Positions 37,267 through 49,167 of a stretch of DNA of 64,000 nt are shown here, piece by piece. The translations under genes were made by a program, and so were the position numbers. Positions within the stretch are counted from its first letter, which is position 1, and each line of letters starts with the position of its first letter. This DNA is from Candidatus Moraniibacteriota bacterium (GTDB taxonomy: Bacteria; Patescibacteriota; Minisyncoccia; Moranbacterales; UBA1568), in assembly GCA_052035095.1 (NCBI GenBank), contig JBPOHW010000008.1, positions 3,060 to 67,059 of the forward strand, in the 5' to 3' direction. A model generated the notes under the pieces. The model was not told where the DNA came from, did no database searches, and saw nothing but the letters and a program-made list of their open reading frames with translations.

Positions 37267-37350
37267 GCCAAGATTGCAAAAATGGATTTTTCGAACGTCG
37301 GATCAGACATCGTCTCACGTGTGAGAAAAATCCATTTTTGCAATCTTGGC
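37267..37350. repeat. Perfect 26-bp inverted repeat with a 32-nt spacer
   Basis: GCCAAGATTGCAAAAATGGATTTTTC and its reverse complement. Confidence 0.9.
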
Positions 37351-37381
37351 AACCCCCTACCTTGTTTTGCCATTGCTATGC

Positions 37382-38521
37382 TTACTCAAAGAGTTTCACG
37401 TACTCCCCATATCCGATTGTTTCGAGATCGGCTTTGGGAATAAAACGGAGCGCGGCGGAATTCATACAGTAACGTTTACCGCCACGGTCCTCGGGACCAT
37501 CATCGAAGACATGGCCCAGATGCGAATCAGCGATGCGAGAGCGCACTTCCGTTCGCGTTGAGAAGAATCCTCGATCCTCGCGAAGCGTGACCGCCGATGG
37601 CGAAATCGGCTTCACAAAGGACGGCCATCCCGTTCCCGAATCATATTTGTCGAGCGAAGAATAGAGTGGCTCACCGGAAACGATATCGACATAAATCCCC
37701 GCTTCGTCGTTCTTGTCATAGGCGTTCTTGAAGGGCGGTTCCGTACCGTCTTCTTGCGTCACGCTGTACTGGATCGGCGTGAGGGTTTGTTTGAGTATCT
37801 CTTGCGATGGCTTCACGAACGCCGCGTCACCATCCGAGGCGCGGACTTCGCCCGAGGGTGTGGCGCCAAGCGACGTTTGTCCCTGAAGGTGTTTCTCTAT
37901 GAAAGCATCGCGCCCCGAACCCGATCGATAGAAACGATAGCGGAGCGGATTCTTCTTGGCATAGTCCTGATGATATTCCTCCGCCGGCCAAAAAGGAACG
38001 CGCGGCAAAACGGCAATCGCGAGCGGCCTCTCATAGATTTTCTCGGCATCAACAGCGCGAATGACCGCTTCAGCAACACTCTTCTCTTCTTCCGTTTCAA
38101 AGTAAATCGCCGGAGCATACTGCGCCCCCCGATCATGGAACGATCCCCCGACATCCGTCGGGTCGCTATAGAAAATGATATGTTCCACCAGACTCCGATA
38201 GGTCGTCTTTGCGGGATCATATGTCACGAGAACGACTTCGCGGTGTCCGACTTCGGCATAGTTCTCATAGGTCGGATGCTCGGTCGTCCCGCCCGCGTAG
38301 CCGGACTCTACCTTAACGATACCGGAGAGTTTCTCGAAGTCCGCCTCGACACACCAGAAGCACCCGCCCGCAAACATCGCCGTCCGAACCGTCGACAAAT
38401 CCCCTGTCGAAATCACCGTCGCGCTCTCGCGCGAAGAAAACGTATTCATAAGCATGACCGTGAGAATAAAAACCGATACCAAAAGACCGATCGCAAGAAC
38501 AATGAGCGCGTTTCTTTTCAT
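37382..38521 (-). CDS. msrAB: Exported methionine sulfoxide reductase MsrA/MsrB fusion
   Basis: [27 protein letters not shown]; N-terminal TM. Confidence 0.96.
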   Translation of the reverse strand: MKRNALIVLAIGLLVSVFILTVMLMNTFSSRESATVISTGDLSTVRTAMFAGGCFWCVEADFEKLSGIVKVESGYAGGTTEHPTYENYAEVGHREVVLVTYDPAKTTYRSLVEHIIFYSDPTDVGGSFHDRGAQYAPAIYFETEEEKSVAEAVIRAVDAEKIYERPLAIAVLPRVPFWPAEEYHQDYAKKNPLRYRFYRSGSGRDAFIEKHLQGQTSLGATPSGEVRASDGDAAFVKPSQEILKQTLTPIQYSVTQEDGTEPPFKNAYDKNDEAGIYVDIVSGEPLYSSLDKYDSGTGWPSFVKPISPSAVTLREDRGFFSTRTEVRSRIADSHLGHVFDDGPEDRGGKRYCMNSAALRFIPKADLETIGYGEYVKLFE

Positions 38522-38525
38522 AGAG

Positions 38526-38894
38526 CTATTCCCACAAATTTAACCACACGCCGAGGAAGTGCACGACAACGTAGAGGAAGAAGAGGTAGCCGAGTATACC
38601 AACCGTGAGGACAAGCGCGACCGTGTTTATGATCTCGTTTCGTTGTCGCTTCGCTTGATCGAGCGTGCAGATGTTCTTGGCACGACGGAAATAGTAGAGG
38701 AGCGAGAGAGCCATGAGGACGAGTCCCGCCCCGCGAAAATACCATTTATACTCGCCGTAGAGCGTATCGGCGAGCGACGAAGCAAATCCAACCGTCCCGA
38801 GTCCAAAGAGGACAAGTACGACCGGCGAAAGACAACAGAGCGACGCAACCACCACCGGAATCGAGCTCACTTTCAAAAGTTCTTTCAGTGTCAT
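38526..38894 (-). CDS. MerT/MerF-like small membrane protein
   Basis: ASLCCLSP in TM1; three TM segments. Confidence 0.6.
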   Translation of the reverse strand: MTLKELLKVSSIPVVVASLCCLSPVVLVLFGLGTVGFASSLADTLYGEYKWYFRGAGLVLMALSLLYYFRRAKNICTLDQAKRQRNEIINTVALVLTVGILGYLFFLYVVVHFLGVWLNLWE

Positions 38895-39122
38895 GGGAAT
38901 ATATTAAGCACTCATCTCAAAAATAACTTTGAAGCGATTTATGAAGGATTTTTGAAATGAATTTTACTTTACCATACAAACGCTCCTACGAGAAACAAAC
39001 CTTCTATGACAACTACGGCGAATCCGCTACCCCACTGCGCCAAAAAACATTCCCGACAAAAAGTTCCGTTCAGGATCCCAAACTTCAGACACTCCCTGCC
39101 AATATCCGCAAGCTATCCACTC

Positions 39123-40061
39123 CTACGAAAGAGCCGCGGTTTCAACATCGCTTATGCGTGCGAGAAACGATTCGAATGTTTTGGGACCGCGAGGGTGCGG
39201 AAGAAAAACAAGTCGCTCATCGGTCGCCTCTATGATACCCTCCGGCGACAAGGTCTTCGGATTCGAATCGATCTTTTTCTTTTGGAGGGCTCGGAGTACA
39301 TTTTCGACACGAAGACCGACCAAGAGCACTTCGAATACATTTCTCGAAAGCCGAGCAAAAAACGTATCGGGCAAAGAAGTAAGATGCGGAAGGCGCGCGG
39401 GGAAAAAATTCGGACGGAAGCGCCGTATCCACGCATTCGCCGATTGAAACTTCGCAAACGTTTTCTCTCCAAAAAGCGGAATGAGAAAAAAATACTCGTT
39501 CGAGGAAAACATATCCTTGAGGCGAATCTCGAGCGACTCGGTCGTCACCCAAAAATTAAGGCACGCCCGCCGCGCCACCTTCCCGCCGTGTCGACGGAGC
39601 CCAAAGAGATGCAAGAGTCCCGTCACGACCGCGCGCCCCGTCCAGATATACCCGCTTCGAAGCACGATGAAAAAATCCCAGTCGCTTCCGCGATCGGCAT
39701 TCTTCATCGCGAGACTCCCCGTAAGTCCCACCATCCGCACAAAGGGAAAGAACCGGAGTATCGAGGCAATGCGTCGCGCCCCTTTGATATTCCGATCCGC
39801 GATTTTTTGCCGCCTCATCCGAAGCGCGACCAAATCTTCGCGCCCATGAAGAAACACAAACCCCCGAAACCGCCCGAGTCGCTTCGAGAGGAAACTCCCC
39901 TGTAGTATCTCTTGCACCTCGCGAAACGAAACCGACTTCATCCTCTCTCCCTCCCCGTCGGACGAGAGCAAAAACTTCCACACCTCAAACTCCGTGAGCG
40001 GATAATCAAACACATCAGCATACGCAACCGTCTCAAGAATCATCCGATGAAGGGGAAGCAT
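39123..40061 (-). CDS. Nucleotidyltransferase-fold hypothetical protein
   Basis: TGSLA...SDWDFF. Confidence 0.75.
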   Translation of the reverse strand: MLPLHRMILETVAYADVFDYPLTEFEVWKFLLSSDGEGERMKSVSFREVQEILQGSFLSKRLGRFRGFVFLHGREDLVALRMRRQKIADRNIKGARRIASILRFFPFVRMVGLTGSLAMKNADRGSDWDFFIVLRSGYIWTGRAVVTGLLHLFGLRRHGGKVARRACLNFWVTTESLEIRLKDMFSSNEYFFLIPLFGEKTFAKFQSANAWIRRFRPNFFPARLPHLTSLPDTFFARLSRNVFEVLLVGLRVENVLRALQKKKIDSNPKTLSPEGIIEATDERLVFLPHPRGPKTFESFLARISDVETAALS

Positions 40062-40073
40062 AGGAGAGAAAGA

Positions 40074-40910
40074 TTATCCTTTCAAAAATTTCTGACCGTT
40101 CACTCCTGAAAGAGCGTTGGCTTTCGAAATAACGCTTCTGCCGATTTCTTTTTCGGTTTCCTTTCGCGCGTTTCCGGCAACATTTCCGCCCCTTTTCGCC
40201 ACTCGCTTGTTTCCTTCAAGTGTTTTCGGCTTTTCCACATGAGAAATCTCCGTCGTCACCCGTTCGCCGAGCATGGTAAAAATCAGCTCGAGATCAGTCA
40301 TATTGTCCCGCAAATTTGCCTTTGATGTTTCCGAAATATTCTTGTGCTTCCGATATTCGCCGGGCGTCATCCCAAAGGTCGCCTTGCTTATTTCCGCCGT
40401 CAAAATGGCATAATCCCTTTGATCATGCAGTCCTCTTTCTTTCCACTCATCGGTCAAATTCTGACGAACGGCGATACCGCGAAGCCGTTTATCTATCCAC
40501 TCTTTCGAATAGCCCTTCTGCTCATACAACTGCTTCATTCGCTCCTGCGCCAATTCCGGATTTTCTATTTCTTGCACCCGCTCATAGCCAACTTTGGCAA
40601 GCCAGCGTTTAAACGGTTCGGCTTTTGGGGACGGAATAGACTGGATAATGCGAAAAATGCCTTCGGTATCGGCACAGTCCGTTTCATATTTCTTCCCATC
40701 GGAAGCTTCTAATTTCAGTTGTCGACAAATTGTCGATAACTGAATTCCATCCTCACTCTGCACGCGAACCTTCATCCTAAACCAATAATCCCGAGGATCA
40801 ACGCTGTCGGTCAGTACCCCCACCACATCCACTGCCGAAAAGAACCATTGATTTTCATACCACACACGACGAATTTTTCTCGATTCAAAAACAACAAGAG
40901 TGTTTTCCAT
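40074..40910 (-). CDS. Bro-N domain protein
   Basis: IRRVW..WFFS..DVV, IIQSIPSPKAEPFKRWLA. Confidence 0.9.
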   Translation of the reverse strand: MENTLVVFESRKIRRVWYENQWFFSAVDVVGVLTDSVDPRDYWFRMKVRVQSEDGIQLSTICRQLKLEASDGKKYETDCADTEGIFRIIQSIPSPKAEPFKRWLAKVGYERVQEIENPELAQERMKQLYEQKGYSKEWIDKRLRGIAVRQNLTDEWKERGLHDQRDYAILTAEISKATFGMTPGEYRKHKNISETSKANLRDNMTDLELIFTMLGERVTTEISHVEKPKTLEGNKRVAKRGGNVAGNARKETEKEIGRSVISKANALSGVNGQKFLKG

Positions 40911-40941
40911 AGCATTTATTGAACATTGATCCTTGAAAATT

Positions 40942-43881
40942 TTACAAATACTTCCCCGTCAAGCTCTTCTTGCATTTCTTAAGATCGTTTGGCGTGCCGG
41001 CGAAGACGATTTCGCCACCCAGGGCGCCTCCGTCCGGCCCCAGGTCAATCACCCAGTCGGCGTGACGAATTACATCGGAATTGTGTTCAACCACCAAGAC
41101 GGTATTGCCTTTGTCAACCAGCGTGTCGAGAATAATGAGGAGTCGGCGAATATCTTCAAAGTGAAGCCCGATCGTCGGCTCATCCAAGATATAAAGCGTT
41201 TTGCCGGTCGCCTTCCGCGCGAGTTCGGTCGCGAGCTTCACGCGTTGCGCCTCGCCGCCCGAGAGATTGGTTGCACTCTGTCCCAAGACGAGATACCCCA
41301 AGCCAACCTCATCGAGCGCGCGCAACTTCTCCTCGACCGCCGGCTGATCAAAGAAAAATGCGCGCGCTTCCGATACTGTCATATCGAGCACTTCGGAAAT
41401 ATTCATACCGCGATATTCAATCGCGAGCATCCGCTCATTGTAGCGCCTTCCACCACAAGTCTCGCACGCGATATACCGATCCGGCAAAAGATACATTTCG
41501 ATTTTTTTGAGACCGCTCCCCTGACACATCTCGCACCGACCGCCCCGCATATTGAAGCTGAAGTGGCTCGCCGAAAATCCCGCCTTTTCCGCTTCCGCCG
41601 TTCCTGCAAAGAGGTCGCGAATCGGCGTCCACGCGCCCGTGTAGGTGACGGCATTCGAGCGCGGCGTTCGTCCGATCGGATCCTGATTGACCACGATCGC
41701 TTTGTCGAGACGATCCAGACCGCGTATTTCGCGATGCGCCCCGACCGAAGCGCGCGCGCCGTAAAAATTTTTGAGGAGCGCCCGCGCGAGAATATCCGTA
41801 ATAAGAGTCGATTTGCCCGATCCGGAAATACCGGACACCACCGTAAACGTTTCAAGCGGGATGTGCGCGTCGATATTTTTGAGATTATGTTCCGTCGCTC
41901 CCAGAATTGAAAGCGTCTGACGAGATTTCCGAATCGATTTTTTTTCAGACACCTTGCGGCGCCCGGAAAGATACGCGCCGGTTTCCGTTTTTGACTTCCA
42001 GAGTTCCTCCGACGTCCCCGAAAAAAGCACCTCTCCACCCTCGCGCCCGGCGCCGGGTCCCATATCAACGACCCAATCCGACGCCTTCATAATCGACGGA
42101 TCGTGTTCGACGACCACAAGCGAATTGCCGTTTCCCTGAAGCGCGCGGAGCGTCTCGATGAGGCGCTCGGTATCACGATTGTGAAGACCGATCGAGGGCT
42201 CGTCCAAAATATAGAGAACACCAGAGAGTTCGGATTTTATCTGCGTCGCGAGTTTGATGCGTTGCGCCTCGCCCCCCGAGAGCGTCTCGGCGCTCCGAGA
42301 AAGTTCCAAGTACCCCAGTCCGACACGTCGAACCGCGCCGAGCCGATCCGCGATTTCCCGAAAAAGCGGCTGCGTCGTATGATCCGACTCCGAAGCGGGC
42401 GCGCCCGTTATTTTGCCGAGAAAGTACGCTTCCAAACGATCAATCGGCATATCGGAAAATTGATCAATACTTTTGCCGTCAAAGAAAACGGAGCGAGCCT
42501 CTTTTCGAAGACGATTCCCCTCGCATGAGGGACATGGCGAGGACGACATAAACTTTTCGATACCGGTGCGAATATGATCGGATTTTGTTTCACGGTACTT
42601 CCTCTCAAGCATAGGGATCACGCCGGAAAAGCGTTCCTTCTCAGGACGGCCAGACTCCGGCTCACCATAGAGAATACTCTGGATTTCGGACTTCTTGAGT
42701 CGCGATACCGGAATATCGATTCGAATTTTTTTTCGATCGGCGAAATTTCGCAGAAGCTCAAATCCGCCGAGAGTTGCTTCACGTTTCCCATTCCCGTTTT
42801 TGTGTTCACTGCCGTTTCCATTCCCATCAAGCGAGTGCTCTTCCTCATGATCTTCACACTCACGAGACGGCGAACACGGCGTTCGACTCCACGGACGAAT
42901 CGCCCCCTCGAGAAGGGAGAGTTTTTTGTTCGGAAGCACAAGATCGGGATCGATCTCGAGTTTCTTGCCCAATCCGGAACAAGCAAGACAAGCTCCTTCC
43001 GGATTATTGAAAGAGAACATATGCGGCGTCATATCCGGAACGCGCGTCCCGCACGAGGCGCAGAGGTATTCTCGGCTGAAATGCCGCTCTTCGGACTCGT
43101 TCACAACAAGGGAGAGTGTTCCATGCCCCAATTTGAATGCCGTCTCGATCGAATCGAGCACGCGTTCGATATCGGGACGTTTGGAACTCAACACAATGCG
43201 ATCGATCACCGCGTCCATTTCGGAAAGGAGCATATCGGAAGCGTGCGGAAGCGCCTCTGAAATCTGCATAATTTGATTGTGAAACCGTACGCGCGCGTAC
43301 CCGGACTGCAACAGTGTTTGCAGCGCCTCTTTCTCGGTTTTTTTGCGCGTCTGCTCCATCTTGGTCAAAAAAACCACCCGCGTCCCATCCGGAAACGCGA
43401 GAATCTCCCGAAGAATATCCCGCGCGTCCCGCCGATCGAGGCGCTTCCCGCACGCGGGACAGTGCGGAATGCCAACCTTGGCAAAGAGAACCCGAATATA
43501 GTCATAGGCCTCCGTGAGCGTCCCCACGGTCGAACGCGGCGAGCGCGCGATGCTTTTTTGGTCAATGGAAATCGAGGGACTCAAATTGGAAATGCGGTCC
43601 ACTTCCGGTCGATCGAGCGCTTCCATAAAGTGCCTCGCGTAGGACGAAACGGACTCCATATATCGCCGGTTCGCCTCGGCGTGAATGGTATCGAAGGCGA
43701 GTGACGACTTGCCGGATCCGGAAAGCCCGGTAATCACCACGAATTTCTCGCGCGGAATATCCACGTCAATTCCTTTCAAATTATTCGTACGCGCGCCGCG
43801 AATCGCGATTACGGCACCAGAAGATGGATTGGGCACCTTTCGAGAAACAGATCCGCGAGAACCTCGGGAATTTTTTGGCAT
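40942..43881 (-). CDS. uvrA: Excinuclease ABC subunit A
   Basis: Two ABC cassettes ([16 protein letters not shown] x2) and zinc fingers. Confidence 0.96.
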   Translation of the reverse strand: MPKNSRGSRGSVSRKVPNPSSGAVIAIRGARTNNLKGIDVDIPREKFVVITGLSGSGKSSLAFDTIHAEANRRYMESVSSYARHFMEALDRPEVDRISNLSPSISIDQKSIARSPRSTVGTLTEAYDYIRVLFAKVGIPHCPACGKRLDRRDARDILREILAFPDGTRVVFLTKMEQTRKKTEKEALQTLLQSGYARVRFHNQIMQISEALPHASDMLLSEMDAVIDRIVLSSKRPDIERVLDSIETAFKLGHGTLSLVVNESEERHFSREYLCASCGTRVPDMTPHMFSFNNPEGACLACSGLGKKLEIDPDLVLPNKKLSLLEGAIRPWSRTPCSPSRECEDHEEEHSLDGNGNGSEHKNGNGKREATLGGFELLRNFADRKKIRIDIPVSRLKKSEIQSILYGEPESGRPEKERFSGVIPMLERKYRETKSDHIRTGIEKFMSSSPCPSCEGNRLRKEARSVFFDGKSIDQFSDMPIDRLEAYFLGKITGAPASESDHTTQPLFREIADRLGAVRRVGLGYLELSRSAETLSGGEAQRIKLATQIKSELSGVLYILDEPSIGLHNRDTERLIETLRALQGNGNSLVVVEHDPSIMKASDWVVDMGPGAGREGGEVLFSGTSEELWKSKTETGAYLSGRRKVSEKKSIRKSRQTLSILGATEHNLKNIDAHIPLETFTVVSGISGSGKSTLITDILARALLKNFYGARASVGAHREIRGLDRLDKAIVVNQDPIGRTPRSNAVTYTGAWTPIRDLFAGTAEAEKAGFSASHFSFNMRGGRCEMCQGSGLKKIEMYLLPDRYIACETCGGRRYNERMLAIEYRGMNISEVLDMTVSEARAFFFDQPAVEEKLRALDEVGLGYLVLGQSATNLSGGEAQRVKLATELARKATGKTLYILDEPTIGLHFEDIRRLLIILDTLVDKGNTVLVVEHNSDVIRHADWVIDLGPDGGALGGEIVFAGTPNDLKKCKKSLTGKYL

Positions 43882-44049
43882 AGACGCGGTACAAAAAAAT
43901 GAATCGAAAAAAGGCGCATTGCCAACCAGTGTATCGCGTTTTTTTGAATTTGTCACCCTGTCAACAATTTCAGACGAGTGGCACCATATCTTGCGGCTTT
44001 TGGCACCCTCGGCTATACTCCGCCGAAGAACAATTCTCTCCCATTTCTT

Positions 44050-45162
44050 ATGCGTGACGAAATATTCCTTCACTGCTTCTCAAAAATTCCCGGCGTCGGC
44101 GCGGAAAAACTTCGGAAAATCATGGCGCACTTCCCAAGCGCGGAGGCGGCATGGCACGGCACGCGCGAAGACTTCGTCGCAGCGGAACTCCCAGAAAAAA
44201 TAGTAGAAACCATCCTCAACGCTCGAAAAAGCATTGCTCCCGAAAAAGAAGCGGCGCTCCTCGAAAAGCACCGTATTCGACTCATCCCGATCGGCTCCGA
44301 CGACTACCCCGAGCTCCTCGCTGAAATTCCCAATCCCCCGCGCCTCCTCTATCTTCGCGGAAACGCGCGCCCGAACAACCACCCGCTCCTCACCATAGTC
44401 GGCACGCGCAAACCCACCGAATACGGCCTCGGCATCGCGCGTGAATTTGCGCGAGAACTCTCCAATGCCGGCATCACAGTCGTCTCGGGACTCGCGCTCG
44501 GTATCGACAAGGAAGCGCATGTGGGCGCGCTAGAAGGGAGAAGCGATACCATCGCCGTTCTTGGGAACGGCCTCGATGACGCTTCGATCGCGCCGAGAAA
44601 TCACCTCGCGCTCGCGCGAAGTATTATGCTCCGCGGCGCGATTCTCTCCGATTATCCGCCGGAGACACCGGCAAACGATTTCACCTTCCCCGCGCGAAAC
44701 CGCATTATGGCCGGTATGTCTCTCGGAACGATCGTCATTGAAGCTTCCGAAAAAAGCGGCACCCTCATCACCGCGCACCTCGCCCTCGACTTCAATCGCG
44801 ACGTCTTCGCCGTCCCGGGCTCCATTTACTCCGAAGGTTCCCGCGGCCCGCACGCCCTCATCAAACAAGGCGCCATTCTCGCAACGAGCCTCTCCGATAT
44901 TTTGGACGCCCTTCCGCTCGTCCGAGAACGCGAGACGCAAAAAAATCAAAACGAAAAAGCGGAAACGGACATACAAAATCTTTCATCCGACGAGGAACGA
45001 CTTCTCAAAATTCTCGGATGTGATACCCTGCACATTGACGCCCTGGTGAAACATTCGAAACTCGCGACATCAAACGCACTCTCCGCGCTCTCCATTCTCG
45101 AAATGAACGGTCTCGTCAAAAACGTCGGCAACATGCACTATATTCGGACATACCGAGTGTAA
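44050..45162 (+). CDS. dprA: DNA processing protein DprA
   Basis: [27 protein letters not shown]. Confidence 0.96.
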   Translation: MRDEIFLHCFSKIPGVGAEKLRKIMAHFPSAEAAWHGTREDFVAAELPEKIVETILNARKSIAPEKEAALLEKHRIRLIPIGSDDYPELLAEIPNPPRLLYLRGNARPNNHPLLTIVGTRKPTEYGLGIAREFARELSNAGITVVSGLALGIDKEAHVGALEGRSDTIAVLGNGLDDASIAPRNHLALARSIMLRGAILSDYPPETPANDFTFPARNRIMAGMSLGTIVIEASEKSGTLITAHLALDFNRDVFAVPGSIYSEGSRGPHALIKQGAILATSLSDILDALPLVRERETQKNQNEKAETDIQNLSSDEERLLKILGCDTLHIDALVKHSKLATSNALSALSILEMNGLVKNVGNMHYIRTYRV

Positions 45163-45241
45163 AATTTTCAATGATCAATTTTCAATTCACAAAAAATTCT
45201 TCTCAATTGAAAATTGATCGTTGAACATTGAAAATTTTTCT

Positions 45242-47413
45242 ATGAAACTCGTCATCGTTGAGTCGCCGTCGAAGGCGAAAACCATCCAGAAATATCTCGG
45301 TAAAGAATACAGCGTCGTCGCCTCGGTGGGACACATTCGCGATTTGCCGAAGAGCAATCGCCAGGCGATCGACATAAAGAACGACTTCAAGCCACACTAC
45401 GAAATCACGCCCGGAAAAGAACATATCGTCGCCACCCTCGCCCGCCTCACCAAGAAGGCGAGCGAAATCTACCTCGCGACCGACCCCGACCGCGAGGGCG
45501 AAGCGATCGCGTGGCATATCGCCGAGGCGTGTGGATTGAAACATGCGAAGCGCGTCGCCTTCCACGAGATCACCCGAAACGCCGTCCAAGCGGGCATCGA
45601 ACACCCCCGTCGCATCGATCAAAATTTGCGTCGTGCCCAAGAAGCGCGTCGTGTCTTGGACCGTCTCGTCGGCTATGACCTCTCGGGACTCATTTGGAAG
45701 AAACTCCGCTATGGCCTTTCCGCCGGTCGCGTCCAATCGCCGGCACTCCGCATCTTGGTTGAGAAAGAGCGAGAAATCAAAAGCTTCATCCCCGAGAATT
45801 TCTGGGTCATCACCGCGAAAGCGACGTGCCCGGACAAAACACCCATCACACTCACCTGCTCCAAGGAGCCGAAAGAAGAACGAGAAGTAAACGACATCGT
45901 CAAAAAAGCGAAAGCGGGTTCTTGGTCGGTACTCGACGTCAAAGAATCCGAAGTCTCGCGCGCGCCCTCGCCTCCGTTCACCACCTCAACACTCCAACAA
46001 TCGGCAAGCTCGCGCTTGGGATTCTCTCCGGCAAACACGATGCGCATCGCCCAAAAACTCTACGAAGCGGGGCTCATCACCTATATGCGTACCGACAGTT
46101 TCAATATGAGCGACGACGCGCGAAACGCGGCAACGAAATATATCGTGAAAAAATTCGGCGAACCATTTTCCGAACCGCGCGTCTATAAAACAAAGAGCAA
46201 GAATGCCCAGGAAGCGCACGAGGCGATTCGTCCCACCGACCCTTCGCGCGAAAAAGCCGGATTCTCTCCCGACCAACAAAAACTCTACGCGCTCATTTTC
46301 CGCCGCACCATCGCCTCGCAAATGACGAGCGCTCGACTCCTCAAAACCAAAGTGCTCGCGAATATCTCCGATCGTTCGATTCCCGACTTCGTCGCAAGCG
46401 GTTCCCGACTTCTGTTCCCGGGCTGGCTCGAGCTCGACACCTTCGCCCGACAAGACGATATGACCGTGCCCAAGCTCGCCCCGAATGATCCGCTCGCGGT
46501 CACCGATGTCACATCCGAAGCAAAACAAACCGAACCGCCGCGCCGCTATTCCGAAGCCGGTCTCATCAAGGAACTTGAGAAACGCGGTATTGGGAGGCCA
46601 AGTACCTACGCCTCCATTTTGAAAACACTTCTCGACCGCGGCTATGCCGAGAAAGACGGTCGCGCCCTCCACGCGACCGAAACGGGCGAAGCCGTCAGCT
46701 CATTTCTTGAAACACACTTTGGAAATATCATAAGCGACACCTTCACTGCCGATATGGAACAAAAGCTCGACGATATCTCAAACGGCGAACGCGAATACGA
46801 GCAAACCCTAAAATCGTTCTATACCCCCTTCGCCAAAGAAGTAAAATCAAAAGCGAACGTGGACAAGATCACCGATATCGGCGACGCGCCCAAAGAATTC
46901 CCCTGCCCCGTCTGCGGAAGCGCTATGACCGTGAAGCTCGGCAAAAACGGAACCTTCTTGAGTTGCTCGCGCTTCCCCGATTGTAAAGGCGCCCGCATGA
47001 AAGACGGCTCGCTCATCCCCGAGAGCAAAGAAACCGGCGAGCCATGTCCCGAGTGCGGCGGCGCCCTCGTCGAAAAGGTCGGTCGCTTCGGCGCTTTCGT
47101 CGCCTGCGGCAATTATCCCAAATGCAAATTCATCAAAGGATCGCAGACGCAAACAACCGGTGTGAAGTGCCCCCTCTGCGACAAGGGCGAGATGGTCGAA
47201 AAACGCGGTCGCTTCGGCGCCTTCTACAGCTGTTCCAACTATCCCGATTGCAAACACTCGATCAAAGCAAAGCCCACCGGCAGAAAATGCGATTTCAAAC
47301 GAGACGGCAAACCCTGCGGCGCCCTCATGATGGAAGGCACCAAAACCATTCCGGAGCGTTGCTCCGACCGCACCTGCCCCAATCACAACCCGCATTTGCT
47401 AGGAAAAAAGTAA
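45242..47413 (+). CDS. topA: DNA topoisomerase I
   Basis: IVESPSKAKTI, DPDREGE, ITYMRTD, zinc ribbons. Confidence 0.97.
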   Translation: MKLVIVESPSKAKTIQKYLGKEYSVVASVGHIRDLPKSNRQAIDIKNDFKPHYEITPGKEHIVATLARLTKKASEIYLATDPDREGEAIAWHIAEACGLKHAKRVAFHEITRNAVQAGIEHPRRIDQNLRRAQEARRVLDRLVGYDLSGLIWKKLRYGLSAGRVQSPALRILVEKEREIKSFIPENFWVITAKATCPDKTPITLTCSKEPKEEREVNDIVKKAKAGSWSVLDVKESEVSRAPSPPFTTSTLQQSASSRLGFSPANTMRIAQKLYEAGLITYMRTDSFNMSDDARNAATKYIVKKFGEPFSEPRVYKTKSKNAQEAHEAIRPTDPSREKAGFSPDQQKLYALIFRRTIASQMTSARLLKTKVLANISDRSIPDFVASGSRLLFPGWLELDTFARQDDMTVPKLAPNDPLAVTDVTSEAKQTEPPRRYSEAGLIKELEKRGIGRPSTYASILKTLLDRGYAEKDGRALHATETGEAVSSFLETHFGNIISDTFTADMEQKLDDISNGEREYEQTLKSFYTPFAKEVKSKANVDKITDIGDAPKEFPCPVCGSAMTVKLGKNGTFLSCSRFPDCKGARMKDGSLIPESKETGEPCPECGGALVEKVGRFGAFVACGNYPKCKFIKGSQTQTTGVKCPLCDKGEMVEKRGRFGAFYSCSNYPDCKHSIKAKPTGRKCDFKRDGKPCGALMMEGTKTIPERCSDRTCPNHNPHLLGKK

Positions 47414-47419
47414 GCCTAA

Positions 47420-48421
47420 CTACCTCACAACCCCCGTCTTCCCGTCCAGGGAAAGCGCTACCGGGATATCTCGGAATGAAATGGTATTGTCCGGCGCGAT
47501 GGTTGCTTCGACGAGGAGTCCTCGTCGTACTTCGGGACTGAAGTACTGATCAAAGACAAGGTTGCCGAGAGAATAGTAGATCGTCTTTCCCTGATACACT
47601 TCTTTCTCTTGAACCACATGCGGGTGCGAGCCGATCACAGCATCGGCGCCACGGTCAATGAAGCGATGCGCGAGCTCTTTCTGTCTTGCATTTGCCAGCA
47701 CATACTCAACGCCCCAATGCGTATAGACAAAAAGAGTATCAACGTTCGGACGAAGGCGATCGATATCGGCAAGCGCACGCAGCTCTCCTTCTTTGTAAAA
47801 CTGATTGTAATTCACAAAGCCGATTTTCTTTCCTCGTATCTCGGCGACATACGCGCGAAGCGTTTCGTCGAGCGGATCACCGAAAAATTTAACACCCGCC
47901 TCACGCAAAAACTTCCGCGTTTCGAGAAGTCCCGCCTCGCCGAAATTCAAAATGTGATTGTTGCCGAGATTTACAATACGGATATTGGCATCAAAGAGCG
48001 TTTTCGCCCACAGAGGATCAAACGTGAACAAAAAATGCCGTGATTCCCCAACTGCCGACCCGACACTCCTTGAGAAATTTGAGGTAATCGGACCCTCCAA
48101 ATTCGCGACAACAAAATCCGCCGCGCGCAATTCTCCGGCAAGACCTTCGAAAACAGCCTCTTTCCCGATTTTGTCCGACTGCGTACGAATATATCGGTCA
48201 AACATCATATCTCCCGCAAAGAAGATTTTCAAAGAAACTTCTTTTGCACCATTCCTCTCATCCAAAGAAATATCCCCCGTCCCCTCAGACTCAAAAGGGG
48301 GCTCCACTGCCTTCGTCGACTCCAAAACGCGCATCGTTTTCGATGGTGAAAAAGACAAGAAAGACGCACCAATGAGAAACGCCCCGCCGAGAAAACCCAT
48401 CCCCCAAAAATACTTCCTCAT
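47420..48421 (-). CDS. CapA-family metallophosphoesterase
   Basis: GDMM, NLEG, GNNH, HWG.EY, GSHPHV, YSLGN. Confidence 0.92.
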   Translation of the reverse strand: MRKYFWGMGFLGGAFLIGASFLSFSPSKTMRVLESTKAVEPPFESEGTGDISLDERNGAKEVSLKIFFAGDMMFDRYIRTQSDKIGKEAVFEGLAGELRAADFVVANLEGPITSNFSRSVGSAVGESRHFLFTFDPLWAKTLFDANIRIVNLGNNHILNFGEAGLLETRKFLREAGVKFFGDPLDETLRAYVAEIRGKKIGFVNYNQFYKEGELRALADIDRLRPNVDTLFVYTHWGVEYVLANARQKELAHRFIDRGADAVIGSHPHVVQEKEVYQGKTIYYSLGNLVFDQYFSPEVRRGLLVEATIAPDNTISFRDIPVALSLDGKTGVVR

Positions 48422-48586
48422 ACATCAATCTGAAACTCATATATCCCTCTTGCGTTACCAGCACATTCACTCTATCACCCACGATACCCCCGTCAATGCC
48501 ACGCTTGACTTTTTCGAAAGCCCTCCATTCCACAAATTTCCGGAATATGGTGTATAATGAAACCACTTCTCTTTTTTTAAAAGCGT

Positions 48587-49045
48587 ATGAAGTTTATTCA
48601 TCAATCGGGATTCTGCCAAAATTGCGGGGAAAATATCTCGAGAGAGATCGCCTTCTGTCGAAGTTGCGGCACCGCGCTCTCCGAGGAACAAGTGCAAGCG
48701 AATATCGAACGATCCCGAAATGAAGCATCCGTCCACGTAAACGTCCGCGACGAAAACAAGCCGGTGCTGCAAAAAATAGCGGGAGCCGTACTTATCGGTC
48801 TTATGGAATTTTTGTTTATTACTTTCGTATTCACACTTTCACTTCTCATCAGTATAAACTTCCTTCCAGCACTGGGCGACGATCACTCCGGATCACTCTT
48901 CTCCTATTTTATCGTTATGGCAACCGCTTGCATTGCCGGTCTTGTCGGCGGATCATTCCTCTCAAAGAAACTGTGCGAAAAATATCCAAGCCGCGTCGCC
49001 AAAATGAAAAGCTTCCTCTGCCTCGAAGAAAAGCCGCAAGAGTAA
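48587..49045 (+). CDS. Zinc-ribbon membrane protein
   Basis: CQNCG...FCRSCG followed by two TM helices. Confidence 0.75.
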   Translation: MKFIHQSGFCQNCGENISREIAFCRSCGTALSEEQVQANIERSRNEASVHVNVRDENKPVLQKIAGAVLIGLMEFLFITFVFTLSLLISINFLPALGDDHSGSLFSYFIVMATACIAGLVGGSFLSKKLCEKYPSRVAKMKSFLCLEEKPQE

Positions 49046-49167
49046 ACCTCAGACGCAACTACCGCGCCGCCATTTCCAAAAAGTCCCGTCGGGACTTTTT
49101 TCTTTTCCCCTTCTCTCCTTGCCCCCTTTCCCGACTCGTCTATAATACCAATATCGAGCATTTTCCT

